A DNA stretch of 64,000 bases from Moniliella sp. 'wahieum' (taxonomy: Eukaryota). The stretch lies in contig RSEE01000005.1 in NCBI GenBank assembly GCA_003971905.1, forward strand, positions 558,001 through 622,000. The letters are read 5' to 3'. The notes below the pieces were generated by a model. It saw nothing but the letters and a program-made list of their open reading frames with translations. It searched no databases and was not told the DNA's origin. Position numbers and translations under genes: made by a program. Positions 37,266 to 51,965 of this stretch are shown one piece after another. How positions within the stretch are numbered: position 1 is the stretch's first letter; each line of letters starts with the position of its first letter.

Positions 37266-39887
37266 CTCAAATGTAATGCACCAACCAGGAGGGGAGCAGG
37301 GGTACAATGTACGAAGCGGTTGGAAACGGGGTTTGCGTTAACGTTAATGAGATGGGCACACCGCGATACCGGGTTAGGTGATGGGGAGGGACAGAAGTAC
37401 GCCACACAGCCCACGGCGAGAGCGGGGGCGGCGGCTGTGATGTCGAAGGAAGAGAACGATGATGAGCTGACCGTCAGATGGTTTTGCAGCAGCGCCCAAT
37501 GGGGGGGGGGGGGGGTCGATGGAGGTGGGGATGATAATAGTGCGATTGCAGGGGACACAGGGAATGACAAAAAAGGTTTCGAGTGGCGGCTGAGTGGAAT
37601 GTGCGGCGCTGACGTACTTGCGGGGAGGGGGCTGTTATAATATAGCGCGAGGGTCGGTACTTAGTGTATATATATGTAATTGCCTCCTGATGTGGGTACT
37701 GGGCCACTGCGCCAGTCACCGCCCACAGCAAACTAGGAACCATATAATAAACGCCGTTACGCTCAGCCCCCCAAACTGCTCCGCGCATCGAGTATCCTCT
37801 TACTCCTCATCTGCCCTCCTCCATCCGGCCCGGGACGATTCCCTCAGGCCTGAGAGGATCAGCTGCGCTCAGGCTGAGCTCGAGCATCGTCTTCGCTTCG
37901 CCCGCTCGTTGCGCAACAACATTGCGAGCAATCCAGCCCATAAAACTCCTTTCCGAGACCTTCTCTCACATCCAGGAGCCCAAGGTCATACATATAGCAA
38001 TCCGTGTTTTACGGCATGCAAAAAATGATTGAACATGTAATCCGCACATCATACTTCAAGCTTTAACTCACCTTCAAACTACTTCTCTCTTCACGAGCTT
38101 CGCATCACGTATTAACGTCTAACCGTGCGCATGATGCATGATGCACAATATGATGTACACATGGTGTACACGAGAGGCACATCATGATCTGCATGATCCA
38201 TGCATGACGCGTGACGCGTGACGCTCATTTAAAAACATTGCAAATGCATTCCCTTCTTTTGGACGCCGGCCGCGCATTGCCGCTCATATATTAGAGAACT
38301 AAGGATGATCGATGACCGGTGACCTATGAATATGACCGTTTGCAGCCTCTTTTGTGCTGAGGAATACCGACGGCGACTTTTCTCTTAACGCTGGCGCACA
38401 GCCGTCAGATATATATACCGGCACAAAGTGGTTGCAATCGAAAATGTGGCACACAATAACTGTTGGTCTTTGAAATTTGACACTACAGATGTGAGAAGAG
38501 AGAGTTTGACAGCTGTGAGAGGGGAAGAGCAGCTTTTCTTCTTGTTTTGTTAGCTTATTATGACCAAAAGGTCCCTTAGCTAGAGTTCGACCAGTGGGAG
38601 CACTACCACGGTCCCCATTAGAGATAAAAAAAACGTACCGCAAGAGAGGGTGGTTATAGACACAAGTCCTCTGATGTAAGCAGTTTGTGGGGCGAAGGAG
38701 ACGGGAGAAAAGCAAACAAGGGGAGGTGCAAAACCTGATGCGGGTGGAACGAATCAGTCCAAACGAGAGCAATATGTCACATTCACAACAGATCATCGAT
38801 CAACTGGGGAGAGGACGGGGAACGTGGAACCTGCCCTCTCAGATCTCACACTCCGCATCTTCGGCCCTTTTCGCCGGTCACCAGTCACCGCCACTAGAAG
38901 CTCGCTGGTTTTGTCTCACTTCTGTATTTTCCTCGTCTCATATCCGGTGGTGACTGGTTTTTTATATCGCTGTGTAGGTGTCGTTGGTTGGCTTAGACCA
39001 CAGCCCCTACATTCACTGGGATTCAATTTGCCTCGAGGGGCCATGAGGCCCAGGACTCGTCTCAAGATCAAGACACAGAAGAGTGGGACCACAGCAGGAG
39101 ACGAGGTCACCAAATCGCGTGTATACTCCAATAATAGTATAATTTACCTGGGCAATCTCTCTTCTCCTTTTCATTGGATCGATTTTGAGATTGTTTGTAG
39201 GGTTAATCGTGTTAAAAGGGACCTAAAGCCCGACCAGACGAGGTAACTATAAGGAGGAAATGAGGGAACGGACAATCCTTTGAGGAGGAAAGCCACACAA
39301 GCTTAGCCGCTGACAAAAGGGCGCAGGGAAGAGACTGAAGGAGTCTGGGGTCATAAGACGAAATGGCGAAGGAAGAGAGCCAAGAACGCGAGCGTCGGTC
39401 TCGTTTTTTGTTTTCCAAAACCTCCTGTCCAACCGTAAACTCCACGTGGGGGCAGCCCTATATAACCCCAATGACACTATATAGGCCACTGTCAGGGAGC
39501 TTCGGCCCGAAAATGAGAGAAACGATGGGATTTACACATGGATATAGAAACCGGGGAGTTAAAGAGCGGATATATACCCAATGGAGTAGAAAGAATCTAG
39601 GATAGAAAGAAGGAAGGAGAGGAGAGGACAGAGACTGGGGTGTTTTTGCTAATAATAACATCCATCTACACCACGCACAATTAAGAACCTGCACATCAAA
39701 AAGAGAGAGAATGGGAAGCTTCAATAGACTATACATACTATAAATACCAACGGAATGTAGGCAAAAGGGGAATGAGAAATGGATAAGGCATTAAGAATAT
39801 ACTGAAGGGAAAGTAACACCAAGAGAAAAGCAAGCAAAGAACGGTAACATGATGGCGATGGTAGGCCAACAGTAGAATGATACGAAA

Positions 39888-42800
39888 CTAACGGAGGCGG
39901 CGTCCTAGACCCCCCGAAACAGCACGCCATAACGCGCGAGCGATCATGATACCCCAGCGGTCAAAGGTGCGAGTAAAAATCTCACACACGATAAAGAGCA
40001 GGGTGTAGCAGAGGAAGAAGTTAAGGATCATCGCAGCCCAGTACGGGATCCCTGCAGCCAGCATCTTCAACGTCGATGCTGCCCCCACAGTCCAAAAGAC
40101 GGTACCATGCAGAAGGTAGAGCGAAAAGGCATTCCGACCGAAGATGGACCAGATTCGGAGAGTGAAGAGAGTCCGGACAAAGTTGCTCAAGTCGCAAAGG
40201 AGGAAGAAAGAGAAGACCCAAATACAATCTTGTATGGCGGGTAGGTAGTACATCAATGGGGTCTGCGTCCACTTGTTGGGAGCGCCAGTCTGGAAGTTAG
40301 CCTTGATACCAAACTCACCCCGGGGTGCGTCAAAGGTTCCATTCTGGGTGAGCCACGTAATGACGGCACCGAGGAGAAGAGGACCCAAGCGAAGGGTTCT
40401 AGACTCATGGTGTACTTTCCCAGCACCTTGATTCCCTTGCTTGAAAGCTGGCGATAATTGAGACGGTTGTCCAGGTCCGCGATCATCAGTCCACCAATGA
40501 AGAAATAGTCGTACCGGTTAGACCACCATTCCAATGTGAGGCACGCCATGTAAAACCCATACCGCTTCCACGGATTCTTGATCTCCCTAGAGATGAGGGC
40601 GCATAGATAGACCGTCCAAGACGACTGGATAATGACGGGAACGGTCCAAAGAATGCCGGTAGCGTAATGGCGCGTGAGGGGCGTGATTGAGGGGGGTTGC
40701 ATAAACCAAAGGGCGAGGTAATCGTTGATGAATTCGCCAGCCGAGCCATAGTCTTGGAAGTACGACCAGATGCTGTACGTCCGCGAGGGAAGACGAGAGA
40801 CCCAGTAAAAGGCACCCTAAATGAAAAGAGGATAGGTTAGGATCATAGCTGCAATGAGACCAATTCAGACCACGACATGAACGTACAGATTCGATCAGAA
40901 AATAGTTAATGAACAAAGCGGCCGTGATGGTGGTACCCAGGCGAGGAACTCGAGTGAAGATCTGCTGTGCCAAATCTTGCAGATTTCCACGTACCAAGTA
41001 CCTGTTGGCAATTACGCGGGCAGCCAGGACAAAAAGATGCCGACATTGAGCCCACCATTACATATGATTGGACCCAAGATTCGGTAGATCCACTTGTCAA
41101 ACCCATAATGCGAAGCCTCATTTCAGTCGTGAAGGCGTATTCGTAAATGAGCATCCAGTGGTGCAGCGATACAAGCAAGCAAGCAAATCCACGAAGACCA
41201 TCCAGATACTCGACTCGTGCCGCGCCCGAAGCTGTCGCTCGTCCCTCTCCCTTGTGAACAAACACCTTGTACTTGATACGTTCCCAGAATGTTTCCGCAA
41301 CTCCTTCTCCCTTTTCCGCCTTGTCAGCCTCGGCAGTTGCGGGTTTGGCCAGCTTTCCCTGCTCATCGCTCTGGCTGGTTGGGGCAGCCGGCTTCCACTC
41401 GGCGATCGGTGTCACCCAGTGTACAGGCGTCGCCGAACCATCTTCCAACAGGAGTTGCGGATGTGGGTGTGGTGTAAGGTGACCATATCCGGCATCGCGG
41501 CGCTCCTAACCCGTCCTCTCCAGATACAACCGATGGCTCGTAAACCGAGGAGCCGTGGTCGCCCGATGGAATCTGATCCAAACGTTGCTGCCGGAACGAA
41601 TCGGTGGTACCCATGTCACCCGAACTAACGGCAACTGGGGTTAGAGCGACCCAAATTGGGTGTCATCGTCCTGTAGGCGTACCACGTCCCGTCGGAGTGG
41701 AAATGCCACTGCGGATCCGTGCAGCGAGGTCGGCGGTGCTTCCAGAGGGGGACATAGCGCGGCTATGGAGGAGTACCGGGAATGTAGTGGACCGAAGGAA
41801 GGCGATATCCGGACTTGAGACTTTGAGGCAGGCTGACCTGGGAACTAGTTTCGGCCTGGTGCTGGTAAAATGGGTCTTCAATTATGCCCTCCTCTTTTTC
41901 GTCAATGTCGGACGAGTCATCTTCAACGTCGTCAAAATGGTCCGCCAAGAGTTCGGGGTTGTCCCAAGTAGCCATTGCCTCGTCAAACACTTTTTGATCC
42001 GCCATTTCGGCCAGCTCCACATCGGTGTAGTCGCTATCGCGGAGACGTTTGGACGGAGTTGGGTGAGACACGTCCGAGGGAGTACCAGTCTGAGAAGCCT
42101 CTTCGGCCTTGATTTTCCTGTTTGTCGTTGTAGTCGTCATAGAAAATGCGACGTTTGATACGGGCTGAAATCACACGGCGAATGTAGGCGTGAACGAATA
42201 GGACAGTAAAGATACCGATTGAGATGGTAAAACCAATCCAAGCGTATGGACGAGGGTGGTAGTGTTTGTGGGGTAAAACCTGATTTTGGGTCATCACCAT
42301 GTCCACCTCAGTGGAACCGCGGAGCGTCCAGTCCTCTGTTGAGCATACTTGTAACCCTCCAGCGGCGGAGCATTGAGTCTCAAATTGGGAGGTGCGGGAT
42401 GCGAGCGACGAGTTGAAAAAGAGACGAGCGTATCGGACTTGTGCAAGAGGGGAGCTGTGCCTCGGTGGACCCCGAGAACCGGTGGGAGAACCGTTGGACC
42501 AGGTGCTTGAAGCTAAATGGTGCCGGAAGAACAGGGATCTGGGTCCCCTTTTTCTTGGCTTCAACCACCGACGTTAGACTTGCATTGCTTCCGTCGTTGC
42601 TCCAACTCAGCACGTTCGGGAGCCAGTCCATTCGATATTCGTGCCAAACATTGTTTTCCATACCAGGGCTAATGTTCGATTGGTTGACAAACACAGGTTT
42701 GAGCGAGTTCGAGCTGGAAGAGTAGCCCATGGCGACAACGGCATCCGTCGCATTGTCGTTACTGAAAAAGGATGTCTGAACAACAGACGACTCATTGTAC

Positions 42801-43293
42801 GCGAGTTCAATGTCGAATTCAGTGCCAGCATTGACATCGGCTGGAGGCAAAACCATAGTGCGGAATGAACCGTACAGAATGTCCCGGCGACGCGTCTGGA
42901 ACTGGCTCCCATAAACAACGCGGTTTTTGGTGTCGGCTGGGGCAACCATCATACCCATACTGTTGTTCGTGAGAAAGGTTGTTGTACGAGACAGCGCTGC
43001 GCCAGGTGGCGGAGAAGTCGTCCTCCCATTCATTTGTGCGTTGACTGTTGATCCAAGCTTGCTGATCTGCGCCAGCATATCCTGCACTATCCCGCCCGAA
43101 TCGGTCCGCAGACTTTTCCGGAACAAAGACGACCTGGTCCGCGGCACCAGTCTCATTAAAGTAGGTATGACTGTGTCGGTAAAGAGGGCAAGCGTGGAAG
43201 GGTCTTGGTAGCCGCAAGCGCACTGAGAGCGGACACCAGACAAGTGGCCATCGTGGCTCCGACCAACAGCAAAGCAGTGGTAACAACCTTCAT
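39888..43293 (-). CDS. Membrane protein: signal peptide, GH16-like domain, TM helix, acidic linker, acyltransferase-3 (OafA-like) domain; frameshifted, intron near 40817-40886
   Basis: MKVVTTALLLVGATMATCLVSA-QCACGYQDP; RRDILYGSFRTM, TEFDIEL (ExDxE), WHEYRMDWLP; TM YAWIGFTISIGIFTVLFVHAY; RVEYLDGLRGFACLLVSLHHW, GILWTVPV, FGRNAFSLYLLHGTVFW. Confidence 0.82.
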
Positions 43294-44019
43294 CTGGAAG
43301 AAGGTGATCAGAAAACAGATGAACGTCAGTACAGCACCTAAGAGGGCCCTTGGGGGTTGGGACGGTAGGGGTAGGAAGCAGGCGACACACCTGTGGAGCG
43401 GCGATGAGATGTTGGGTGGGTTAAACGCTCCGGAGTATTTTAGAGCGCTAGGACAACTTAAGGGAGGGTGCGGGGGGGGATGATACAAAGATAGAAGGAA
43501 GAAGGAATGGAAAACAGGGGATGGTGGAGTACGGGTGGTAGAACGGGTGGAGAAATATGGGTCGGAGGGGGGGAGAGGGCGAGGGGGCGAGGGCGAGCTG
43601 CTGGGGGGGCGACTGGCGGGCGAATGCTGGGGTCTTTAAGCCGATGTATATGGAGGGCTGCTCGCGTATCAAAATGAGTGACGACGGGCACTGTGTGGGC
43701 CGGAACGCTTTCCATCTGTGGGCGCAGCCGGTACGGACTGACAGCGTGCTTACAGATCTCAGGAGCGGCGGCATCTGTATGTATCGGCCTGTTGCCGTCG
43801 TATACTAGTCAAATCGCAGACGTTGCGACGAGCGAAGCCGTTCGCAGAGGTCGAACGGGGAGAGCAGTGCCAATGCATGTCACCTGTATAATAGAAGCGT
43901 GAAGCCAAGCCTCAAGAGGACTACAAGTGTTGCATGTCCGTAATTCACAGTCCTCAAGCTGGAGCCTTAGAGGCCTCACATGCTCGCATGCCATATGCCA
44001 CGGACCCTCGGATCTCGGC

Positions 44020-45640
44020 CTCACTAACGTTTAACGTTTAACGTACTTCACTTGGTCTTAGGTCTGAGATCAGACTGATCTATCTCTAAGATCTAAGAGA
44101 CCTTCAAGCTTCAAGCTTCGGGCCTCCGGGATAATCGATAATCGATAAAACGTTAAATTGTAGACTTGGTCCTACGTACTATCGGCACTCACATGGTTTA
44201 AATTGATTTAAAAGTGGCTTTTGTGGCGCAAGCGTCATCGATAATGGATAACTATCGATGATTTAATAATCGATCCAATAGATAATCCTCGGGACGCCTT
44301 TGCCAGTCACATGGTCACATGGTCACGATGTCACGCAGTTACGCGTTACGCGTTACGAGAGTGCGAGAGCCTTGAAGCTTGAAGCTTGAAGCTTGAAGCT
44401 TGAAGCTTGACTCAGGACTCAGCCAGGACTCAGGCTGAGTCCTGAGGCCGGCCTGAGAGCCTGTCAATGTCAAGCTTGAAGCTGAAGCTTGATTGAAGCT
44501 GAAGCTTGATAGCTTGGATAGCCTGAGGCCGCCTGTGACTTCACGCGTGATGTGTGGCGCTTGGTGTTGTCCCCCGCCCTGGGGAAGAGCGAAAGACTGA
44601 CGGAAAGACGAAGGCGGGCAGCAGCAGGCAGCTTGAAGCGTGAACCGTGAACTTGAGACGGAATAGAAGCGCATACTTGCCCGAGGAGGAAATTGCCAAG
44701 TGGTTAACGTTTAATGTTTAACACGTTTAACCACGCTTAACTAGATAAAATGTGACGCGTGACGCGTGAGATATGGAGGTGAGAGCGCCGCTGAAGACAG
44801 TCGTCGTAGGCATATTGGCTCACATGTGAGTTGTGAGTACTGAGTCCGTTGCATAGACCTCTTCGAGTGCTAGCCCAGGTCTCGTCACGCATCAGACTGA
44901 AGCTGTGAGCTCTTAGGGTTATTGACCACGCGCTCGGTGCCCGCTATACCAGGCTAGTATACCCCGCGCCTCTCTTTCCTTCCCTGATACACGTTAAAAG
45001 GAGACGTGGTTCCTCGCTGCGAAAGCCGAGGTGGATCTCGCAAAACAGCGAGGGGCTTACTCTGAAAGACTGGACGCGTGTGAGACGCGTGACGAGAGGG
45101 TGGCCCTCGGTGGCCGGTGGCGGGCGAGGTTCAATAAGATTGTGCACACTGAGCAGCGCTGTGAGGCCGCTGACGCCACAGAGCGGGGGCTATCAGTCCA
45201 TGTCAGCGCTCAGCCTGAGCGCTCAGCGCCAGCCGTTGAACGCTGAAACAGAACGTTGAATTTGGGTGAAATTTGAAATGAACCACGTGCGAGCTACTTA
45301 CGCGAGTGCGAGCAGCGAGGTTGAAGCCCGCGAGATGCGCGACGGACAAATATATACCCCCAACCCCTGACCATACGCTTTCGTAGTGTAACCGAAGTTG
45401 ATATGCACGAGGACTATGCAAAAGACGCCACACTCGGAACAACCCCCAGTCTCGCATTGTGGCATTCAAATTGTTATTGTGGGGAGTCACACATGTGTCA
45501 GAGCCACACTGGTCACTCACTGGCACTGCTTGAAGCCTGAAGCTCGACGGAAGCTCTTGAAGCTTGACACGTATGTGACATCCAGTATAGCTTAACTATA
45601 GTGACTATTATATTATAGTGACTAGTGACTGCTCTCACGC
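44020..45640. repeat. Densest cluster of TNA/4-bp-palindrome heptamer arrays
   Basis: ACGT-TTA-ACGT-TTA-ACGT at 44027, TAA-GATC-TAA at 44087, TCA-AGCT-TCA at 44104, TAA-TCGA-TAA near 44132, TTA-CGCG-TTA-CGCG-TTA at 44339, (CTTGAAG)x5 at 44371-44405, TGA-CGCG-TGA-CGCG-TGA at 44753, TCA-CATG-TGA-GTTG-TGA-GTAC-TGA at 44820, TCA-GCGC-TCA at 45203. Confidence 0.9.
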
Positions 45641-47250
45641 GGTCAACGCGAGGGTTGTGGCTATCAAACTGAGTCCTGATCGCACTGATCTCTTGGCAGC
45701 TTCACATCAGGATCACATGTCCCTACCGCACATCAGCGCATGTTATAGACCCCAAGATATGATACGGCCGCGGTTACCATCAATTATTAGTCCGTTTAGT
45801 ACCGGCTGTGTACCAGAGTTTCCCTGCTTTACCACACGTGTGATGAAAAAAAAAATTATATAGGTGCAAGAGAGCAAAGAGGTGAGCGATTCTTATCTCG
45901 ACAACTCTCGCCGTTGGGCCGTTTAGAACATATGGACGTCGGTCACAAACATTATCCCCACTTCCAGCCATACCCGGTGTGGGCAAAAACATTACACCGC
46001 AGCGGGCCCTAAGGGATCAGTACCACATTAATTGTCCACACACAGCAATCCAGAGGGTATAGCATCGCCCATTCCAGTCCAGTTCCACGCGAGACCATTG
46101 CGACCCCCTCTCCCGCCGCATCATCATCTTCCCTAGGATTTTTCCTCGCTGCGCGCAATCTAACTCTCATCCTGCTAATGTGGCACCACACTGGTGGTGA
46201 TGGCCCCGGTAATAGCCCAATAAGCCCGGAGCCTTCCGGTCCATTCTTTCCGATATTCCTTTTTCCTGGAGGACAGGAATATCTCTAGCTCTGTAGCTCA
46301 TTGCGTAATATGCAATGCAATACACCATCATCAACTGTTTGATGCTCTCTGGTTTCTACGGCGAAGCATTGCCTCTCCGCCTCCTTGCCCATGATATCCT
46401 TTGCTTCCTCCGCGGTGGTGTGTGCAAAAGCACTTGCTGTGCGCCCTCTCCCGTGTTTCTCGTCATCGCGTCATTCAATCCAATCTTGTCGAGCATCCCC
46501 GATGAGGCGCATCCCATTCCGTATGTCGCCTTGTTGACAACCCAGTCGATAGACCACAGGTTGACATGCTCACCTGGGTTCTGTCGGCTTCCAGCATGCG
46601 CTCCTATATATATAATGGAGGGCCACGATGGTGCAAACGGTCGTCCTACTCTTCTCCATTGTTTCTACTACATCCCTTCTCTTGGCATTCTATAACCCTT
46701 TCTGTCATCAGGATCGTTCTCTTGGTTGCCAAATATGAGATACTTGGATTCGCAAAAGACTTACTGAAAAGATGGACAACCTCAGCCCATCTATGACCCT
46801 ATGATTGTCACCTCTCCTTACTTGCCACGGAGTACCCTGGCGAATGGGTTCAATGCGGTTCTAGCTGGCGCTCTATATGGTTCTCAAAGGTTTGCTTATG
46901 CTGCTGGTGGCGTTTCCCCAAGTACATATTCCCGAAGATAAGAGAGAAAGCTAGTGACGGTTGATATATGATACGTTGATAGATGACAAGAGTCGTGTCT
47001 AAACCCGTGGGACATTGTGGGGCAATGGGATCATTATTCGCAGACGTTAAAGGGAAAGAATTACACCTTCGTCCTACCTGGGGCGTATCCCACGACCATC
47101 AAGAATGAAAAGCGGGGAAGGGTGACGTGCTGAAATAAGAAGAGAGTACGGCAATTGATCAAGGAGTGTCGGAGCACGCCCTGGACGAAAATACTGGCAA
47201 TAGTAATGGATCTTGTGGGTGAACATAGTAGGGAAAACGCCCCATTCGTT

Positions 47251-48751
<1,501 letters not shown>

Positions 48752-49186
48752 CGCAGACGATTCAGTTTGAGTACTCCGTCTGAGTCCGGTCCCACGCAGT
48801 CTCGGCCGCACGCCAGTCTCGCCGCACCGCACCGCCCCGGCTCCCCATCCATCCTGTCCCGCTCCGGAGCTTCCCGCGCGGCCCTCGTGGCGCACAGCGC
48901 CCCTGTGCCGCGCGTCAGCACGATCACATGCATCACAGGTACATGTCACATGTCACACTGGCCTCGTCGTCCTTGGCGGATCCCGTTTTGAACTTGGATT
49001 TGCTCCACGCCTTCACCAGCATTCCGCTCTGTCTTCCCCATTCCGCCCGAAGCATGTCCCGCCCGTCGCCTGGCATCCTGCCAGTGTCGCTGGCCGCCCA
49101 TCGGGAAAAAAATCAGGTGCGCGCCGCAGAGAGGCGCCTGCCCGCATCCATCCTCCTGCCCAAGCGCGTCATCCACCACCACCATC

Positions 49187-50958
49187 ATGTCGGTGCCGTA
49201 CTATAACCAGGACGTCGAAGACGAGGAGCTTCTTGAAGGCGGTCGACCTCGGTGTCGACTATGCCGCTGCTGGAGCCGAATTGCTGACGATGCCGCGCAC
49301 GCCGCCATGGTCGCTGAGCCCAGAAGGCTGCTGCTGCCCAGCAAGCCGCCGCCCTGCAGCAAGTGCCGGCACCTGTCAAGAAGTACATCATGGCTTCACA
49401 CGCGGTCAAAAACAACTCTCTCCATGAGATCAGCTCAGCTTACGAGGGCGGCTGGGCAACCTGACGGCGAAGCACTATGCCAAATCAGAGTGGCCGATGC
49501 GGAGGTGATCGCCCCTGGTGGAGAACGACCAGGTGTTCTCATCCTCTACAAGGAACTCTGTACCGCATGTCTATTCACGTCTGCAGCCCACGGGGGAGGA
49601 CCGTTTCAGTTCATACGACAACTACTGCGATTCTTCAACTATGTTCTTAACAATGAGCACGGCCCTGTGCCATTGACCTTCCTCTTCAGTGGCTCGGGAC
49701 ATTATCGACGAGTTTATCTACCAGTACCAAAGCTTTACCCAGTGGCGCAACAAAGTACACCAAGATGAGGAGGATCTCGAGCTGCTGCGCGAGGGTGGGG
49801 TGTGGAGTAGCTACTCAGTGCTCAACGTCCTTTACTCTTTGATTCAAAAGGCCAACATTGCCCAGCAGCTTGCTGCCACCGCCGCAGGGACAGATCCGGA
49901 TGAAGTGGCGGGCGAGTATGGCAGCACGCAGCTTTACAAGACGCTTGGTTTCTTCAGCTTGATTGGCTTGCTGCGCGTGCATGTCCTGCTCGGCGACTAT
50001 ACGCTTGCGCTCAAGACGCTTGACCACATCGAACTAGGCAAGAAAAACGCCCTGATGACCCGCGTGACGGCGTGCCACGTTTCGACGTATTATTATGTCG
50101 GCTTTGCCTACTTGATGCTCGGCCGCTATCCCGACGCCATCCGCTCATTCACCAGCATTCTTACCTTCATGCAACGTCTCAAGTCCTTCACGCGCTCGTA
50201 CCAGCACGACCAGCTGACCAAGACTGCGGACCGAATGTATGCACTGCTGGCCATCAGCACCGTCCTCTGCCCTACTCGCCTGGACGAAGGTCTGCAATCG
50301 GCCCTGAAGGAAAAATACGGCGAGCCTCTGCTCGGATGCACAAAGCTCAGCCTTCGGCATTTGAAGAATTGTTCCTCTATGCCGCGCCAAAGTTCATTGC
50401 CACCTCGGGTCCGGCGTACGACGACCCTGAAGCGATGAAGGTGTGGGATGATGGCCAGCTATCTGATCCGGTGCAGCATCAACTCAAACTATTTATGACT
50501 GACATCATTCCTCAACTGTCCACGGACGGTTCGGAGCTTTGTCAAGCTCTACAAGTCGCTTGGGATCGATAAGCTCGCGGCCTTCTGCGACGCCGATGAA
50601 GAGGACGTGATTGAACGCATGATGGTCGCCAAAGCGGCGACGCGGCAGTTCAAGTGGCAATCAGGAAACCTTCTGGAGGTACTGTGATCAACACTTCGGA
50701 CCTCGACTTTGTCCTCGACGCGGACACGGTTCATGTGGCAGAACCCGTGCTGGCCGCCGGTACGGGGACTGGTTTTTGCGCAACGGCACGCGCATGGCCG
50801 ACACGACCCAGCACTTGCGCAACATGCCGCTTCCCATTGCCCCAGTTGAGACAAAAGAGGAGACCGCTACGGAGCCTACGGCTGCCCCGCCCAAGAAGCC
50901 CGCTTTCCGGCCACGCGGTGCGTGGGGGGCCCGGATCGCAGCCACGACGGAGGCGTAA
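49187..50958 (+). CDS. EIF3L: Eukaryotic translation initiation factor 3 subunit L, frameshifted
   Basis: EWPDAEVIAP, ILYKELCYRH-like, [84 protein letters not shown]. Confidence 0.93.
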
Positions 50959-51965
50959 ATGGCCCCATGAGGGTGCTATCATGAACCCGCCCCCCCCCTC
51001 TCTTCGTGTAGCAGAATGGGAGGTTGTATTGCATGCTTACTACGATTGGTGGCCTGGTCGATCAGATTGGCGATGATGTATATAGAAGATGGTTGATGAA
51101 CACTTGACCAGGAGATAATAAAGAAGGGCGTCGACAGTGGCCTTACAGTAGGGAGTGACGCTAACGGGGAATATGAATGCAGAACAAACGGTCACTCTTC
51201 GAGCTGGGCGCCAACGTGTTTCAATGGGTCCTGACGAAGCAGCCCAACTTTGGACAACGAAACGCTTCGCCTAAGCCAACCCGTCCATCCTTCATATTAG
51301 GGCCAACCCAGTTTAAGGAACCAGGGGGATCGCCAGGAGATCAGGACCCTTTGGTGCCCGCCATCCGTTCCCATACCCGAGGTAGCGCGTGGGGGGATAC
51401 GGATGAACGTGGTTAACAAGGCGACAGGAGGGGGCGAACGCGTAGCAGCCGACGCACGAAACTGGAAACGGTCTTGTTGTTCGGCCTTAGGCGTCAGAAA
51501 ATTGAAATTAAGTTGAACGTCTGCCACCACGGGAGCAACTTGCAAAGCCCAGGGGCTTGCACCGATCAGCGCGGACTGCTGGCAAACGGACGCTTGCTGG
51601 ATCGATGGGAGACCTGGCAAGCGGGGCCGTGCTGACGTCATCGTCATCCCTCTGCCGGTGCCCGGTGAGCGCCACAGGGCCAGTGTGAGTGGTCGTGCTG
51701 CGTGAAAACTCAGCTCGTCGTGAATCGAAGCACTTTGCAAGTGCCCCGCGTGTGGGACGTGGAACACAGACACACTGCCGACATGCCGCCTCTCTGCCCA
51801 CCGGTGCGCAGCTTCCCCCCGTTTCTCTGGCGGCTGTTGCGACCGGCGCGCGACGTGGCCCGGACCCGGGGCGCCGCCTGAATCCGAGTGGGTTAAAAGA
51901 GACGGCAAGGTAGGCATTGCGCCTCTGCCCTTCCCCCATCTCTACAGTTGCGCCCATCCCTCGCC

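Noticed and set aside
44371..44410. AAGCTT and other 6-bp palindrome runs as a vector polylinker or cloning artefact
   Set aside because: They are dispersed over many intergenic regions in degenerate forms, always with A-N4-T and a 1-bp gap, and there is no vector backbone.
46315..46960. Possible small membrane protein downstream of the MAPK
   Set aside because: Hydrophobic patches are scattered over frames with stops and there is no family signature.
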